A DNA stretch of 64,000 nt from Octopus vulgaris (lineage: Eukaryota), in NCBI GenBank assembly GCA_951406725.2, contig OX597819.1, positions 132,184,001-132,248,000 of the forward strand. The letters run 5' to 3'. The notes below the pieces were generated by a model. The model ran no database searches, was not told where the DNA came from, and was given only the letters and a program-made list of their open reading frames with translations. How positions within the stretch are numbered: position 1 is the first letter of the stretch; each line of letters opens with the position of its first letter. Below are positions 38,898 through 53,282 of the stretch, in pieces. A program made the position numbers and the translations under genes.

Positions 38898-39680
38898 ACT
38901 GCATTCTTCATTTTTGCTGAATCGGCTTTATTTCCAAAGTACGAATAATCTCTCACTTATATTAAAGTATCTTCAAAATGGGAACAACTCGACTTCTTTA
39001 TTATTTTTAAACCATTTTTAATTCCATTTTTATTGTTTGTTAATCTTGTGTTGTAGCTTTTTCCTCCTTGCTCCTACTTTATCAGATACGTTTTGGACAT
39101 TTTCAATATCTTTGTATCTATTCCTTGGAGTAGCTGCATAGGGTCTCCCTCTGCAGATATAATACAGTGTCTTTGGGCAGGACACTTTATTTCTTTAAGG
39201 CTTCATGCCTATCTAAGAACTTCTTCTTATTCTTCTTCTTCTTCTTCTTATAATGGCAGGCATATAGTTATGGCAGTCAGTTAAAGAAATCTGCTGTTTT
39301 CAAACACCTTCATTCATTGCACAGAAATCTTCTTTGGAAAACTTATGAATGTCACATTTCCTTCTTGACTTCAAAACCGAATCAAGAAAATAGATTTTCA
39401 AATCGAAAATAAATATTTCTTTTCCTTTGTTGATTTTCTGTTTAAAACAAAAAAAAAAAAAGAAGCAAAACAACCCCCATCCCCAACAAACTTTGAAACC
39501 TAAATGGGCTCTCGACCACCTCACCTGACTGATTGTCCCAATTCTGTTGTGTTTCCACCGACCACCCTTCTTCTATGTCTATTGTTAGAACTTTAGCCAC
39601 AATACTGATAACAATTGTTTATCAATTTCTATCTAATACATTAACTTCTTCACTCATATATAGCATGCGCGCGCACACAC

Positions 39681-39721
<41 letters not shown>

Positions 39722-42700
39722 AAGCAATAAATAATTTTGCAATTTAAGTTTCTGATCTCAAGTGATTTTTCACTTTTTTGATTTTGTAAATTCTTTAATA
39801 TGATGTCTTTATTTGATGAGACAAAAACTATAGTACCCCATCATTTAAAGGTACCTTCATCCTTCCACTCCTTACACTGCTCACACACAAACACATTATT
39901 TGTCTTTACAACAATATCTTATTTATTATACGAACAAATCTGTCATCCGTAAATTAAGACAAATCTTGTCAGGCTTTGAGTTAAGACAAAATTAATTTGT
40001 TGTACATAGCTTAATAGTTCTCTTTCTCTTTCCATTGGTCTAGAGTGATTCCCCCCCCCCCCCTTTTTTTTTCTTCTTTCTTTATCACATAATTGTCACT
40101 ATTTGTGGTTTCTCTTCATCTGATTGCTAAACTGAGACCAGACTTGAAAAGCAATGCTACTTGTTATGTGAGATGACATGAGTATGTGTGAGAGAGTTTT
40201 CAATTTTTCACTATCTCTTCTGAACAAATTTGATCTATAATAATTCTTGCTGGTTTTCCAAAACAAAAACCCACATTATCAATTTTCAAAGACAATAAAA
40301 ACCATTTCTGCTCACTTAGCAACTTACTGCTTTCAAGAATTAATTTCTCTTCATTATTTCGGAACAGCTCATATTCTATTTATCTCATTGTTTTTTCTCT
40401 TCACAAAATATCTTTGATGCATTTCCCTCTCCAACTGTTATCTTTATTATTATTATTATTGAAGGTGGTGAGCTGGCAGAATTGTTAGCATGCTGGGCAA
40501 ATGCTTAGCATTTTGTCTGTCTTAATGTTCCGAGTTCAAATTCCACTGAGGTTGGCTTTGCCTTTTGTCCTTCCGGGGTTGATAAATTAAGTACCAGTGA
40601 AATACTGGGGTTGATGTACTTGACTAGTCCCCCCCCCATATTTCAGGCCTTGTGCCTTTAGTAGAAAGGATTATTAGTATTCAGGTGGTGAGCTGGCAGA
40701 GTTGCTACTGAACAAAATGCTTAACAGCACCCATCATCTGTCTTTACATTCTGAGTTCTAATTCCGCTCAACTTTGCCTTTTGTCCTTTCAGGGGTAATA
40801 AAATAAATACCATCTGAGTACTGGGGTTGATGTGGTTGACTAACTTACTCTCCCTCAAAAAATAATTTCAGGCCTTCTGCCTACAGTAGAAAAGATTATT
40901 ATTATTATTATTATTATATTGAAACTTTTCTGGCCCTCTTTCTTTATGACCCCAATTTCTTTCTCTCTCTGCATTGGAATTTCTGACTTGTGGGTCTTGT
41001 AGTAGTCTTGTACTACTCTCAGAACCTGTGTTGTTAGAATGTTGGTTGATATTATTAGAATAAGTTTTTAATAAATGAATGGTTTGTGTAAAGAATCTGT
41101 GGAGGATGAGACTGGCCAAGGTGCTTTGTAACGTTTCCGTTTCCCAACCTTCTGCTTCAGGGTTCAAATCATTGTGGCTTTGATTTTGTCATTTACTCAT
41201 TAGGAATGACTCACTGAATTAACAGTAGTGTCTTGAAGGGAAGGCAGGCCCCCACCAAAATTCCTTAAAAATTGGTCTTGTGTTTAGTTGAAAGGAATCA
41301 ATATTTGGTTGTGTTTGTGCATGGGAATGTGAATGAGTTTGGTTGGCATTTAAGCTTTTGGTTCATAATTTGGTTGATGTGATATCTTGAAGTAGGTTAA
41401 AAAGCAAGAATCGCAATCATTTTCTAACACAATTCTACTGAAGGAAATTTCTTAGAAGAGCAAAGACAAAGCGGCAGAAAAGCAGTCAAGTTTTCAAAAA
41501 AGAGCAATTAAAAGGAAAATATTGTTGTGAAAGGTTTTCGAGCTGGATTTATTGAAGTTGTTTTGATTGACGTCAATTTTGAAACAAGTCAACCGCTTTA
41601 TTGAAAATATGTTTTAGATTGTTTTTTTTCTTCCTCTTTCTTCTGTTTAGTGTGAATTAATTTGGTAAATTTGCTAGTTACAACAGACTCTCTCTTTCTC
41701 TCTCTCTCTCTCCATAATAATGCCCAAAATTTGTCGAGAAAACATTATTTAATATTCATATTTTATTTAATTAAATAGCACCAGAGCTTAATTATCAGAT
41801 TTAGTTAATTGTTGGTTGATTATTCTCTTTTCTTAATTTGTTTTTTTTATTAAATTATTGCTGCATTTTAATTTTGTTTTTTTGTGAATATTAAGTTGTT
41901 ACACACACACACACACACACACTCTCAACTCTCTCTCTCTCTCTCTCATACACACACACACATGTACTGATGGGAAGGACCCTCCTCGTTAGTATTAATC
42001 TCTGTTCTCTACTAATGTTACTGTTGGAACTCGCGATTGTTGATACTTTAGTATTTTGGCTGCGATTCAGTTCGGAATCTTTTTTTTTTTTTTTTTTTTG
42101 TAGAGGCAGCAAAACTTTAAAAACACACAAAAAAAAAACTTTAAAAAAAAAAAAGATCTACTTGTAACAGTATTTTTACTTTCTTATTTTTCTTTTCCTC
42201 ATTTCAAACCGAGATCATTCTGAAACTCATCAAAATTTAAATTCTCATTTGCATGTTGGAAAATGAAAATCTGCAAATGCATGTTGCAAATTTAGACGGG
42301 TTTTTTTTTTTTTTCCTTGAAAAAAAAAAAAAAAAAAAAAAGGGGAACCATTTTATTTAAGTGTTTTTTTTCTTCTTTGGGAATGATTACTGGGTGGGAA
42401 GGAAACAATTCAAATTATTTAATTTTTTTTTCTTCACATTTACAATTTTTCCTCATCTTCCTTTACATATCCTCCACAATTTACCTATTCCACTTTCTTT
42501 CTCTCCCCCCCTCCCCCATTTCGTCCATATTTTTAGTGAAATCCTTCAATTTTTCTTCATTTCCATCTCTCCACCCACATTAAGCTCTGTAAAACATTTT
42601 TACCCAGCGTCTTTCTTCACACAAAATGATCGTTAACCCCACTTTTTTTTTAAAAATATTTTTTCCTTCTCTTCAATCCAAGAACCTTCTATTTCTTCCA

Positions 42701-42949
42701 GTTCACCACCATCTCCACTCACCCATAATCCTCAAAGACTTTCACCATTTTCTCTCTTGCTCCTCTCACTCACCCACATTGACCCCTAATCTAGATTACT
42801 TTAGATTCTCCCTTGTCTGAAGATTAGATTCCCCCTTCAAACTTCATCCCATTTCTGCTACAAATACAAAATAACAATTATTTGAAATTATTCATTCTTG
42901 CTGCCATCTTGTTGAAGTGGACACACTCAACGTGTATGCCATCTTTACC

Positions 42950-42982
<33 letters not shown>

Positions 42983-43140
42983 ACTGAATATGATTCTTTC
43001 CTATTTTTCTTCTCATTGTGCGTCATCCGCCTGCTCTTTTTCTTTTTTTTTTAATTTCCCTATTTTCTGATGTCTCTAGACCTAAGAAATGTCATTTGTT
43101 TTTGTGTTACTGGAATAAAAGCTTTCAAACGTAATTTCTT
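38898..43140 (+). other. Putative long ADAR2 3'UTR
   Basis: U-rich, mostly unique sequence after the stop; CpG decay of embedded SINEs persists to about 41 kb; AATAAA plus GU/U-rich element at 43.1 kb. More proximal AATAAA hexamers (e.g. 39408, 39726) could be used instead. Confidence 0.45.
40460..40915 (+). mobile_element. Two tandem Nin-domain SINEs in the putative ADAR2 3'UTR (CpG-decayed)
   Basis: ggtggtgagctggcagaa...gagttcaaattcc...gtagaaaggattatt occurs twice. Confidence 0.8.
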
Positions 43141-43160
43141 GTTAATCGTGTTTTTTTTTT
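43114..43160 (+). terminator. Candidate polyadenylation signal with downstream GU/U-rich element
   Basis: AATAAA at 43114-43119, then gttaatcgtgttttttttttt about 25 nt downstream; coincides with the CpG-content transition. Confidence 0.45.
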
Positions 43161-43179
43161 ATCAACGAAATTTGAGAAA

Positions 43180-43820
43180 GTGGCGATCTGGTAGAATTTC
43201 TAGAGATTTGGAACAAATGCCTTATAGTCTTTGTTCCAAATTTGTATGTTTTGAGTTCAAACCTTGCTGAAGTGCATTCTTTCAGGTTGGATAAAATAAA
43301 GTCCCTGAAGGGGAGACGGTGTCGGCTAACCCACCTCCCCTTAAAATCGCAAGTTTTGTGCCAAATATAGAAAGAATTATTATTATTATTAAGGCGCTAG
43401 CAGTATCGTTAGCAGGTCGGGCGAAATGCTTAGTGGCATTTCGTCTGTCTTCAAGTTCTGAGTTCAAATGCTGCCTGGGGCGACTTTGCCTTCCATCCTT
43501 TCTGGGTCGATGAAATACCAGTTGAGCACTGGGGTCGATGTAATTGACTAGACACCTCCCCCCAAATTTCAGGTCTTGTAACCATAGCAGAAAAGATTGG
43601 CGCCGAGCTGGCAGAATCGTTAGCACGTCGGACGAAATACTTAGCGGCATTTGGTCCGTCTTTATGTTCTGAGTTCAAATTCCGCTGAGGTCGACTTTGC
43701 CTTCCATCCTTTCGGGGTCGATAAAATAAATACCAGTTGAGCACTGGAGTCGATGTAATTGACTAGGCTTCCCCCCCCACCAAATTTCAGGCCTTGTGCT
43801 CATAGTAGAAAGGATTATTA
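43180..43820 (+). mobile_element. Three tandem Nin-domain SINEs (CpG-intact)
   Basis: ggcgccgagctggcagaatcgttagcacgtcggacg...ggggtcgataaaataa...gtagaaaggattatt. Confidence 0.8.
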
Positions 43821-45736
43821 TAATAATATTAAATGAATTGAGATTGGTATTTTCTTTTTATCTGTTCCTGTTGACAGTAATGAAATAAATGTTGCACTCC
43901 TTGCTTTTAAAAACGTTTCCATTTTAATAAATTCTTTCTTATCATTCAAATGTTTTTCTTTTGTTTTTCTTGTCTCTGCTGTAAACCCAGAACTTAACCA
44001 ACAAAAATCGTCAATTTTATCTTCCATCTACTGCTTAAATCGGTGAAATTCACCACTTTGATATCTTTTACTCCTAGGTGAACTTAACCAGTGAAAGATA
44101 GATGTAGCAACAAGCATGGGCAAGATTCAGACTCTCTGTTCCGTTTCAGTTAAATGTTGTTGTTCTTTGGCATTACTTTCTGATTAGACTGACCATCTGT
44201 CTTCCACCGGACAATTTCCTATGAGATGGTCAAACCAGCTAAACAGAACGTCAACCGCTGTCGGCAAGGATAACATTTCTCTCTTTGACTTCGCGAGTTC
44301 TCCCTGTCCACAAATAATAAATCTGTCGTGGGCCAAGTTGATTGTAGGGAACAGGGGAGTGAGAAATCGCAATGATGTTGAGCAGTGGTCCTCAACCATT
44401 TCTCCCCCAACCCATGGACTCTTTTCACTCCTGTTTTATTTTCCTGGACCCCGATAACCACTTGCTGTATCTAAATGAAAACCCTGTATGTTTAGAATTA
44501 AATATTAGGAATTGTAATAAAGAAATTAAAATTCGTGTCTTCACCAACCAATCGTCACCGACGCCAGGACCCCCCATACTGGTTCTTGTGCCAGTGACAC
44601 ATAAAAAGCACTCACAACACCCTCGAAGTGGTTGGTGTTAGGAAGGGCATCCAGCTGTAGAAACTCTGTCAGATCAAGATTGGAGCCTGGTGCAGCCATC
44701 CGGTTCGCCAGACCTCAGTCCAACCGTTCCACCCATGCCAGCATGGAAAACGGACGTTAATCAATGATGATGATGATTGCACAAATTTATGCACAAAGTC
44801 TTATACGGATACCTCGAAGGGTCATTTGGATCCCTATTGAGAACCACTGATGTAAAGGTACCCCTTATAGGGTACTTGGAATATTTTCACTGATAAACCC
44901 ATTCCGCAAATCATTGAAAGATCCTTTTCTTTGTGACGGACGCCAATTGGTGACTTCGTTGATATCACAGAATCTATATTGGTCAAAGTTGACCATCCAT
45001 CGCATCATGTATGCATTTGCTCATGAATGAAAATTGCCCCCCCCCTTACACCAGGTGTTTATCCAAAGGAAAGGCTACCAAGTTGAGCCGATACACCTTG
45101 GCACCAGTGTACTTACAGACGTTACTGTTAGATGACCAACAAGCAAGACAGACACCACCAGCGTTTCTTTCTCGATTCTTAGACAATCGATCCCGAAAGG
45201 ATAAAAGGAAAAGTTACTTCCGAGGATTTGAACTCGTATCGAATAACAGAGACATTCTCTCCAACACCCTAACAACTCTGCCAATTCGTCGACTTCCATT
45301 AAAAGAAACGCAAAACCTCTTTCTCTAACCGTTAAATGGTTGCCACAAAACATTTTCTCCGTCTACCAAATTCACTTTTTCTTCAAACCAATAAATAATC
45401 GCAACTGAATTCCATGACAGGAACCACTTCGATGATTGTCATGGAATTTTTGTGAGAGAAAACAAAGCATCCTGTTTCCTTCTTTCTAATATTTCTCTTT
45501 TTTCCAAACCACCATCTTGTTAGTTACAGACACATTCTCCACCTTCAGTCCAATAACCAGACTTTTAACAACCTGAATGAGTACGAAAAGCAATTCTGTC
45601 CAACGTACAAATTATTCCACTGCCCTCGACCAGTTTTCCATTTTATCGATCTAGTGATAATGAAAAGCAAAGTCGACATTGGTGCAATTTGAACTTCGAA
45701 CTTAATCCTGCCAAGCTCGCTGCCTTTATGATAATA

Positions 45737-45945
45737 CAGCAACGCCTCGATTATCGCGGGTGTTACGTTCCAAACCATCCGCGATAGTGAAAATCCGCGA
45801 TGTAGAAACAGTACTGTACTGTTTATATTTCTTTAATCATTTTAATAATTTGCATATATTTATTTTATTATAAATGCAAAACACCACCACGGAGGAATCG
45901 ACGAAAGCTTAAAGAATAAACCGCGATATGGCGAGGGATTAACTG
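45737..45945. mobile_element. pogo/Tigger-type MITE
   Basis: TA|CAGcaacgcctcgattatcgcgg ... ccgcgatatggcgagggattaaCTG|TA; imperfect ~24-bp TIRs with TA TSD. Confidence 0.7.
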
Positions 45946-46179
45946 TAATCCTTTCTGCTGTAGGTACCAGGCCTGAAATCTTAAGGGAGCGAGCTAGTCG
46001 ATTATATCGACCCAGTACATGACTGGTATTTTATTTTATCGATCTCGAAAAGATGAAAGGCGAAGTTGGCCTCAGAGGAATTTGAACACAGGCAGTAAAA
46101 ACGAACGAAAATGCCGCTAAGCATTTTGTCCGACTGCTAGCGTTTTGCCTGCTCGCTGCCTTTATTAAAAGTAACAACA

Positions 46180-49100
46180 ACGATATCTTTATTCCTCGAT
46201 AAGGTTTTACTATCAGATCGAGGAGGGTAGAGGGCAAAAGCAAACCATTCAAAGAAAATTCCCCCAAAGCAGGAGACTTTCAAGGCTTTCACGTGGAATC
46301 CTTACAAAACTATGGTCAGTTTGACCACTAGGGCAAGTACCTTTCTCCACCCTCCTTCCTAAATCTACAGACGGGTGCATGCTCGGAGCAGGATTATTTT
46401 TGTCACTCTCACCCACCTTTCAAAACATTTACTGGAAAGTAGCACTTCGCTCTCTACTTTCATTTTCCTTTTCAATTGAAACACGGAAAGGTTGATGAGG
46501 GCTTGGCCAAAGAGGAAGGGGTCCGTCTTCAGCCATTTCAGTCTGGTCCACCACACAACCTCTTTCGCTAAGGCCAGCCCACAAAGAAACCTTCCTTGTC
46601 CTTCTCTGCCAAGCGAAGGTATCAAGGTGATATTCACAATAGACTCAGCCGATTGCCGGATCTGTTCTATATGCGACATCAGGCGTTGCCGTAACTCCAC
46701 AAGTCAGCAAAGCTCAAGCACTGGACGAGTGCGGCCAAGAATAGTCTCTTCGCTCTGTACACATTTCCAGCATCTCTGATAGTTCTACCATTCCTGTAGA
46801 GTTTATCTCAAATCGGTAATATTCCCCCCGCGATAGCACTGCCACACCATAAGTTTCTGGAAATCATCCATGGGCCCCGTACAGAAAAATCTTCTGGAAC
46901 AGATTTTTCACTTGACTCAAGTCGGCACGCAGACTCTCCCCGAGAACATTGTCGCTCTTTGCTCGCCACTAAAATTCTATAGAACGCCAAAGTGGAAATT
47001 CCACAGGACCGTGAGCGCCTGACGACAATCTAGGGACTAGGCGTCCTATCTCGGCCTGAGCTTGGCCCAGAACTGCATATCAACCAAAAAAGACGAGCTG
47101 ATGAACAGCGACCGACAGCATCCCTTCCACAGAAAGCGGATAAGCAGGTGCTGGTGGCCGGTCAGACGCAAACTGAGGCAAGGCACAGCAATCAGGCGGT
47201 GTATACGACATAGACGTTCGTTACCTCTGCTTCATCTTCCAGGGATAACTTTTTCTCTAGGCTCATTTCTGACTGAGATTATCCACCCGGTTCGTCATTT
47301 CGTGCCAGTTCTTTTTCACTGGATCACATCAGACCGAATCAACTTAATCGGTCCGTCGTCCGTCCGTCAAGCGTCCCTCAACGTTATTGGGCGACACAGA
47401 CCTGCCTTTCCGGGTGTCGAGCTGCAGGGTCATTGACTTTTCCTGGTTGATTTCTGCACCTGTTACCGCCTCGTGTTCCCTTAGAGCAATGCATGTTGTC
47501 CGACACTATGACGGAGACGTCCGCATATGCCATTACGGTTCTCCCGCGTCCTGGTTCGTGCGAATGCGCCTTGAAGCCTCTAACGTCCGCAGATGTGGAT
47601 CTACAGTCATTACATATAGAAAAGACGAGAGGGGACATCCTTGATGGGCCGAATGCATGATACTGAATGGTTCCAATAGGTGACCATTCATCCCTATCAC
47701 CGAGCAGATGTAGATTGCAATAATCCAGCAGCGGAAGGCAGGACCGAAACGTGTGTCTTGAGAAGAGCCATCAACTATTGGTGGTTGACCTTATCGAAAG
47801 ATTTTGGCTAATCTATATTGATCAGAGCCCCGTCTATACTAGATTATTTACTTCCTCTCTATGATGTTTCGCATGAAGCGGAGGTTGTCCTGAAAGATCT
47901 GTTTGAAGTAACGCATGGTTACGCACCACCAATCAGACCATCTATGACAAGCGACAACCTCTTTGTTAATACATTGACCAAAATTTTGAATTATCTCTTT
48001 GATTCCTCTTGTGTGGGTTCTTTCTTAGCAATGCCACTGTTCTTCGACTCAAAAAATTAGGAATTCTATCCTGCTTCCAGCTGCAGGAGATATCTGTCAA
48101 GGGGCCTCCAAACAACTCTGATATATGAAAGTAAAGCTCGTTGGGTAGACATTCCCAGCTAGGCAATTTATGCCCCCTCCCCCCATTGTTCAGCCAATCA
48201 TTGCTTTCTGCATTTCTGTGGCTGTTGTCGGCTTTTCGCAACATTGTTTCCCTTGTTGAAAGTCAAGATAGGCCGTCGAGGTCGGCACTAAAACCTATTC
48301 TGCGTGTCAGCCCGCTATTTGTTCCGTTCAGTCGAGCGAAATGCTGCAGAAATGCTGCACATCTGCCAGCGTTTGAGGTGCATGTGTCTACTGTAGTCCA
48401 CTAAGAACTGGATTATAGATTTGTAGTCACGCTGCGCTTTCGTCCCTCGGGCCCATCGAGAAACTTGGTTGCTTCGTGTCTTAGAACACGCGCTTTAGTT
48501 CTGACAATGCAGCTTTCGTGCTTTGCATTGAAGAATTCGTCTGGAGCAAATCACACATTCAAACACGTCGGTTGCGATGCCTCTTCGGAGTTTCTAAATC
48601 TTCCTCTATTTTATTCCCGTTCTGGCGGCCTTACTGAACCTAACTGATTCTATTCTAGTTACCCGTTTCAGGGTGAACCACCATTTGTTGTTAACAACCA
48701 CCCCCGCACTCAACGCCTGCATAACCAATTCACTAACACGGTCTCTGCAAACTTGGTGAGCAAGGAGTAGCGCAACCAGCGCCCAGTAACCTCACCACAT
48801 AACATGTTTAGTTGTTCAACAGTACAAATCACAAATAAGTGGTTTGTGTAGATGACGATTTTAAAAAGTGGACAACACATGTTATCCTTAACTACTGACC
48901 TACAGAATACTCTATCGAGGTACGACCTCGATGATGCGTTGCAGTTTGTCCATGTCCTCATTAGTACATTAGGGAAATCTGAAGAAATCCGATTGTTCTT
49001 CCCCTTCAGAGCTTAGACAGCACCCACTTCATTACCGTTCACATCCTGGACCGAAGAATATGGTTCATATCATGAGATCCAGAACCCTTCCAAAGCACAC

Positions 49101-50110
49101 AGCAGCTTCACCTCCCAATCTCGTTCGACTGGTAGATAACAAAATCTCTTTTCCACCGAGGCATGAGGCTGTGAATCAGAAACTCTGGTCTCGCTGATGA
49201 CCACCACGTCTATGTCTAGTGATTTAAGGTTGTTGAGCAAATAGCCTTGTTTCCAAAGTGACCTTAGACCGTGTGGATTCACACCGCTTATTCTGAGTAC
49301 TGCTATGTTTGACAAGAGCTGAAAGAGAAAAGATTTTATTCCTATAAAGTGACAAGTGTTTCGTTTTTCATAATTTTTTCCACGAGCAGTTCTTTATATA
49401 ACCTTTTGCTTATATTTCTCCTGAAATCTCCTACTCATTTTGGGGCATTTATTTTCTTAAATACTGTGTTACGAAATTTGAATGATTTTTATTTGAAGCA
49501 ATGCTATTCGTTAATGTGATGTAATTATAGTGTGTGTGGCCTGTATTGGGGGCTGGCGTGGTTTCTTAGTTTTTATTGTTTCGGTTGAAAAGTAAACGAT
49601 TTCGTTTTTTCTTCGAGAGATGTGTTCTGAATGTTGGTGTGTGTGTGCCTGTGTGTGTGTGTGTGTGTGAATTTGGTTGTGTTTGTGCTTGTGATGAAGG
49701 TGCTTGTGGTAGCGGTGGTGGTGACAGGAATGGTTGAGAGCACCGGTGTGGCTGCTGTCTAGGGCTGTGGTGATGTTTCGTTGCTTGAAGGCACCTTCTC
49801 TCCCCATTTGTTCGTATCTCCAAGGAATTTGGTTGGCATAGTTTCCCCATTTGTTACTCTTTGCCATTTAATGTCCTCCTCGTCACTACGCGACATCTTT
49901 ATGTTGTGTGAGTCGGGGAGGGGCACATGTTGGGGGAGGTTTGTGGTGTTTTGTTGCTGTTGTTGTTGTTGTTGTGACCTTTGATCGTGGTGTATTTTCT
50001 GTCGTTTTAGTTGCTGTGGCTTCCACTGTTGTTGTTGTTGTTGTTGTTGTTGCTGTTGCCGTTGGTTTTACTTTTGCTGCCACGTGACGTCGGAACGAAA
50101 TAACAGAGTG
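46180..50110 (-). mobile_element. Decayed L1/Tx1-clade LINE (ORF2 at about 49315-46365; possible ORF1 start and 5'UTR remnant at 49500-50110)
   Basis: APE endonuclease start (NPHGLRS...DIDVVVISETR), RT motifs (ALINID*PKSFDKVNH; MAYADVS for YADD), C-terminal CWKC...EET Zn-knuckle remnant; many stops and frameshifts. The 5' boundary is tentative. Confidence 0.8.
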
Positions 50111-50751
50111 GAAGGCGGGGAAGTGACAAAGTGTTGAGGCCGGAAATAGGACACCAGATATTGTACTGTTACTTCCGGTTCTCTGAACTGTGAGTTCTAA
50201 TCTCGCCGAAGACAAGTTTGTCTTTTATGTTTTCGGCAGTGAATTAGCAAAATTGCTAGAGCAACGAACGAGGTGCCTTGCGGTGCTTGTTTCGCTCCCT
50301 TGTGGTCTGAGTTCTAATCTGTTGCCTGGTCAACTCTTCACACACTGATTTTTGAGGGTCTTTAGTTCACTCTGTTCCAAGCATTCGGCCCAGGTCCCTG
50401 GTTTTAAGATTAACGCTTTCCATCACCTTTCATCCGATCAGGAGAACCTGAAAATTAAACGGTCACGGAACCACCTTTTTCTCCCTGATTCAGCACAAAA
50501 AAAAAAAGAAGGGAAGAAAAAAAGAAATATTCTGTTTTGGAGACCCGCAATCAGTCAAGGTGATTTGGTGGATGTTATCTTGGTCTCTCTGACACAATGT
50601 TGGAAATTGACCGAAAAATATTTCGAAATATAAAAACCAAAGCAAAGAAGAGGAATAATCGCGTGGTATACACACACACACACTCACACACCACACATCC
50701 TTACACACAAACATACACACACGCATACACACACACACACACCACACATCC

Positions 50752-50796
<45 letters not shown>

Positions 50797-50930
50797 GACT
50801 CATCTACAATGGAATATTAAGTGCACCGCTGAACGTAACCCTAGTTTTCCAGTCAATAAAGAATGGCTCGGAGGAATCGATGTGGATGAAGTAAAGACAT
50901 ATTTAAAGAGGCATGCTGCTGCTGCTGCTG

Positions 50931-50969
<39 letters not shown>

Positions 50970-51558
50970 TTAATGATGATGATGATGATGATGATGATAG
51001 CAGCAAAGGAATGGAGCAGAAAATCCTATTCTCGTCTAATTCTTGGATAAATAGATACCGAGTAGAAGATATGGTGTGTGTCACTAAGTCTCCGAGATAA
51101 GCTGGAATAAAGATGACGATTTTATGATCGGAAATATTGCCAAATTAATGGCTAGGAAGAAATCCAGTAAGTGTTATCAAAGAAAGTCAAGTTTGATCTC
51201 ATTCTAGAGCAAATCTTTTTCAATGATGATGGTTTAAAAAAAAAAAAAAATTATTGTATATAAGAATTTTAAATACTCGGGAGAAATGGAGACTTTATCA
51301 TCTTTAGTTGGCTTTTTGTGGAGTTTGTGGAAATTCCGAATTGCACTTTGAATAGTTTTTCTCCGACTCACAGCATTTTGATAACATTGAAAACGATTTT
51401 ATTATTTGTCATATTCTATCGGATCAACCAGTTTCTATTGTTGACAGCCAGACGTTTTATGGCGAACCAAGTATCGAGAAATGAAGAGAAACACCAGCCA
51501 AGCATCTCCTATCTTTCTCATCGCCTATCGCACAAAACTTCGAGAAACAGAGACGTTT

Positions 51559-51597
<39 letters not shown>

Positions 51598-51619
51598 TAA
51601 AAAACAATACGCTGGAACT

Positions 51620-51642
51620 ACATACACACACACACACATACA

Positions 51643-51691
<49 letters not shown>

Positions 51692-52335
51692 CACATACAT
51701 ACATACACACATACTTTACATACATACATACATATACACATACATACATACACACATACTTTACATACATACGTACATGCATACATACATACATACATAC
51801 ATACAAACATACATACAAACATACATACATACATACATACATACAAACATACATGCATACATACATACATACATACATACAAACATACATACATACATAC
51901 ATACATACATACATACAAACATACATGCATACATACATACATACATACATACATACATACATACATACATACATACATACATACATACATACACACATAC
52001 ATACATACATACATACATACATACAAACATACATACATACATACATACATACATACATACATACATACATACATACATACATACATACATACATACATAC
52101 ATACATACATACATACATACATACATACATACATACATACATACATACATACATACATACATACCTACCTACCTACCTACCTACCTACCTACCTACATAC
52201 ATAACATACATACATACAAACATACACACACATACATACAATACATACATACATACATACATACATACATACATACATACACACATACACACATACATAC
52301 ATACATACATACATACATACACGCATGCATACATA
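51620..52335. repeat. ~700-bp (TACA)n microsatellite array, followed by compound (TA)/(CT)/(CA) repeats to 52880
   Basis: Read directly; explains the spurious HTYI/MYVC ORFs. Confidence 0.95.
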
Positions 52336-52535
52336 TGTTTGTTTCTATGGTTACATTATCCTGATGGGTTACTCTATATTTTTGAGAAGTAAAAAATTGT
52401 TATTCTTAAGAAAGAATGTTGTTGAGAGTGACCTCGAAGTTTCGGCTTAGCTGGTTTGATCATATACATTCTTATATATGTGCTTATATCTGTATATGTA
52501 TCTGTGTAGAAAATATATGTATGTATGTATGTTTG

Positions 52536-52581
<46 letters not shown>

Positions 52582-52646
52582 CTTTTTCTCTCTCTCTTTC
52601 TCTCTATCTCTCTCTCTATATATATACATACATACATATATATATG

Positions 52647-52778
<132 letters not shown>

Positions 52779-53236
52779 TACACACACACACACACACACA
52801 TATTGTGTGTGTATGTATGTTTCTATGGTAATTAAAATTCAAGTTCATGGAGAATATATAATATATATATATATATAAAAAAGAATATTTTAGTGATTTT
52901 ACTAAAAAAATGTGTTACTTTTGGGAAAGAACAATCAAGTTGAATATGATTGTGGAATGAGTTGCGTTTAGTTTCCGAAGCAATTCTCTGCAAACGCCAG
53001 ATAAGAGGAACGATATGAATAAATATGCATTAGGAATGGCTACTTTGGCTGCCAACGTTGTTTACTTCGTGGCACTTTGGAGGAGAACGGTAATCTTTGT
53101 TGAATATCTAACTATGGGTTTGGCGGCAAATTCTTTGGTTTGGAACTAATTGTGATGTCCCATATACATACATGCATTCACGCATTCGCATATATCTACC
53201 TACATGCATACATACATACAGATACACATAGAGATA

Positions 53237-53282
<46 letters not shown>

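Noticed and set aside
50110-50240. ETS-like motifs (CCGGAA, ACTTCCGG) suggesting a host gene promoter
   Set aside because: They lie within what looks like a decayed Nin-domain SINE, and no downstream exon is identifiable.
51318-52364. 348-aa ORF and overlapping MYVC/HTYI ORFs
   Set aside because: Translation of the (TACA)n microsatellite.
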